A stretch of DNA of 64,000 nucleotides, taken from the NCBI GenBank assembly GCA_035656295.1, contig DASRSU010000008.1, forward strand, positions 8,110 through 72,109, in the 5' to 3' direction. The translations under genes and the position numbers were made by a program. This DNA comes from Candidatus Bathyarchaeia archaeon. GTDB taxonomy: Archaea; Thermoproteota; Bathyarchaeia; 40CM-2-53-6. This document shows, in pieces, positions 63,082 through 64,000 of this stretch. Within the stretch, counting starts at the first letter, position 1. Each line of letters starts with the position of its first letter. The notes beneath the pieces are model-generated. The model did not search any database and was not told where the DNA came from. It saw nothing but the letters and a program-made list of their open reading frames with translations.

Positions 63082-64000
63082 TTGCATCGTCCAAGGCTAG
63101 AGAGGACCCATGTCACATCACAGCTGAAAGAGGCGTTGAACTCTGAGGTCGTGTTAGCAGGTTGGGTTCACGATGTCAGGGTCCTAGGCGGCATCTCATT
63201 CATACTACTGCGTGACATTGACGGAATAGTCCAAGTAACGGCACCGAAGTCCAAGACCACGCCTGAGCTTCTCAAACAGGTGGAGGGACTCCATCAGGAA
63301 GACGTGATAATTGTCAAGGGCAAAGTTGTTCCAAGCAAGATCGCGAAGCGGGGACTAGAGGTTATCCCTAGCGAGCTCGAAATTATCAACCGTTCCGAAA
63401 CTCCGCTCCCACTCGATCCCCGCGGAGTACAGAATACTCTGCTTGACACGAGGCTGAACTGGAGATTTCTCGACTTTCGCAGCCAGGAATCGAACGCCAT
63501 TTTCAAGATCCAGTCCCGACTCCTCCAATACTTCCGGGAATTCTTTGTCAAGAGAGGCTACGTCGAAATCCAGCCTCCTGTCATCATAGCCTCGGCTAGC
63601 GAGGGGGGGGCCGAACTGTTTTCCCTGAAATATTTCGAGAAGGAAGCTTACCTTGCCCAGTCGCCGCAATTGTACAAACAGATGTGCGCGATAGCATTCG
63701 AGAAAGTGTACACAGTACTGCCAGTCTTCAGAGCCGAAAAGTTTGAGCAGCCGACACATCTGAACGAGGTACGCCAGATGGACATTGAACAAGCATTCTC
63801 AACAGACGAGGATGTGATGAAAGTTCTTGAAGAGTTCCTCGCATATTGCATAGACAAGATCAGCGAATCCTCCAAGGAACAACTAGAGATTCTCGGGCAG
63901 AAGCTGGAAAAGCTGAGGCTCCCGTTGAAACGCGTAAAATACGAGGAAGCTATCAGGCTTTTGCAAAAGGCAGGCGAGGACATTCAGCAGGGAATGGACT
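63082..64000 (+). CDS. aspS: aspartyl-tRNA synthetase, archaeal type (5' part, runs off window)
   Basis: ERTHVTSQLKEALNSEVVLAGWVHDVRVLGGISFILLRDIDGIVQV..., FRAEKF, NEVRQMDIE: near-collinear with archaeal AspRS. No in-frame ATG; TTG 63082 is the first start-like codon after stop 63055-63057 (ATG 63110 is out of frame). Confidence 0.85.
   Translation, partial: MHRPRLERTHVTSQLKEALNSEVVLAGWVHDVRVLGGISFILLRDIDGIVQVTAPKSKTTPELLKQVEGLHQEDVIIVKGKVVPSKIAKRGLEVIPSELEIINRSETPLPLDPRGVQNTLLDTRLNWRFLDFRSQESNAIFKIQSRLLQYFREFFVKRGYVEIQPPVIIASASEGGAELFSLKYFEKEAYLAQSPQLYKQMCAIAFEKVYTVLPVFRAEKFEQPTHLNEVRQMDIEQAFSTDEDVMKVLEEFLAYCIDKISESSKEQLEILGQKLEKLRLPLKRVKYEEAIRLLQKAGEDIQQGMD

Noticed and set aside
63110-63127. 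ATG at 63110 as the aspS start
   Set aside because: It is out of frame with the conserved AspRS sequence and hits TGA after five codons.

Overview
This is an archaeal chromosomal window. Archaeal core genes anchor it: thermosome subunit, PolD large subunit DP2, Dpo4-type Y-family polymerase, archaeal cofactor-independent phosphoglycerate mutase and archaeal-type AspRS. Small accessory islands also appear to be present, but the one clear mobile element is an integrated tailed (Caudoviricetes-like) provirus of about 27 kb at roughly 21.4-48.9 kb.

Layout, left to right:
- 0-21 kb: mostly host genes. These include a prenyltransferase-like repeat protein, a SRPBCC protein, a frameshifted arylamine N-acetyltransferase, and a retropepsin-like protease with a small partner ORF. 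A divergent TetR / ABC-2 efflux module follows, with three 20-bp-phased TGAC direct repeats in its intergenic region. Further along are a DUF952 protein, a large N-glycosylation-sequon-rich surface protein fused through one TM helix to a KaiC/RecA-like domain with a degenerate Walker A (frame-split), a bacterial-type 5'-3' exonuclease, the thermosome, an Lrp-like double-RAM protein divergent from an ACT-domain protein, and a PLC/AcpA-family phosphoesterase.
- 21.4-48.9 kb: the provirus, almost entirely on the minus strand. It holds a RusA-like resolvase, an Hjc-like PD-(D/E)xK nuclease, and a restriction-modification module (N6/N4 methyltransferase plus an AlwI-family-like endonuclease split into two ORFs). 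The structural genes are tail fibres with paralogous N-terminal modules, a HK97 gp10-like protein, a Dam-type methyltransferase embedded among the tail genes, a beta-helix tailspike, a gp6-like connector, the major capsid protein, a prohead protease fused to a long disordered T/G/P/S-rich region with a poly-Glu tract, a frame-broken portal, a LAGLIDADG homing endonuclease on the opposite strand between portal and terminase, and a terminase large subunit split between its ATPase and nuclease domains.
- 50-64 kb: host genes again. These are ribA, a riboflavin reductase, a frameshifted GNAT, PolD DP2, Dpo4, Rieske ferredoxin, NAD(P)HX dehydratase, a VIT1-like transporter, apgM and the aspS 5' end.

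At least ten reading-frame disruptions are visible in both host and provirus genes, several at short homopolymers. This points to indel sequencing errors, genuine pseudogenisation (a decaying provirus), or both. No tRNA, rRNA or CRISPR array was recognised by eye, and no integrase was found.
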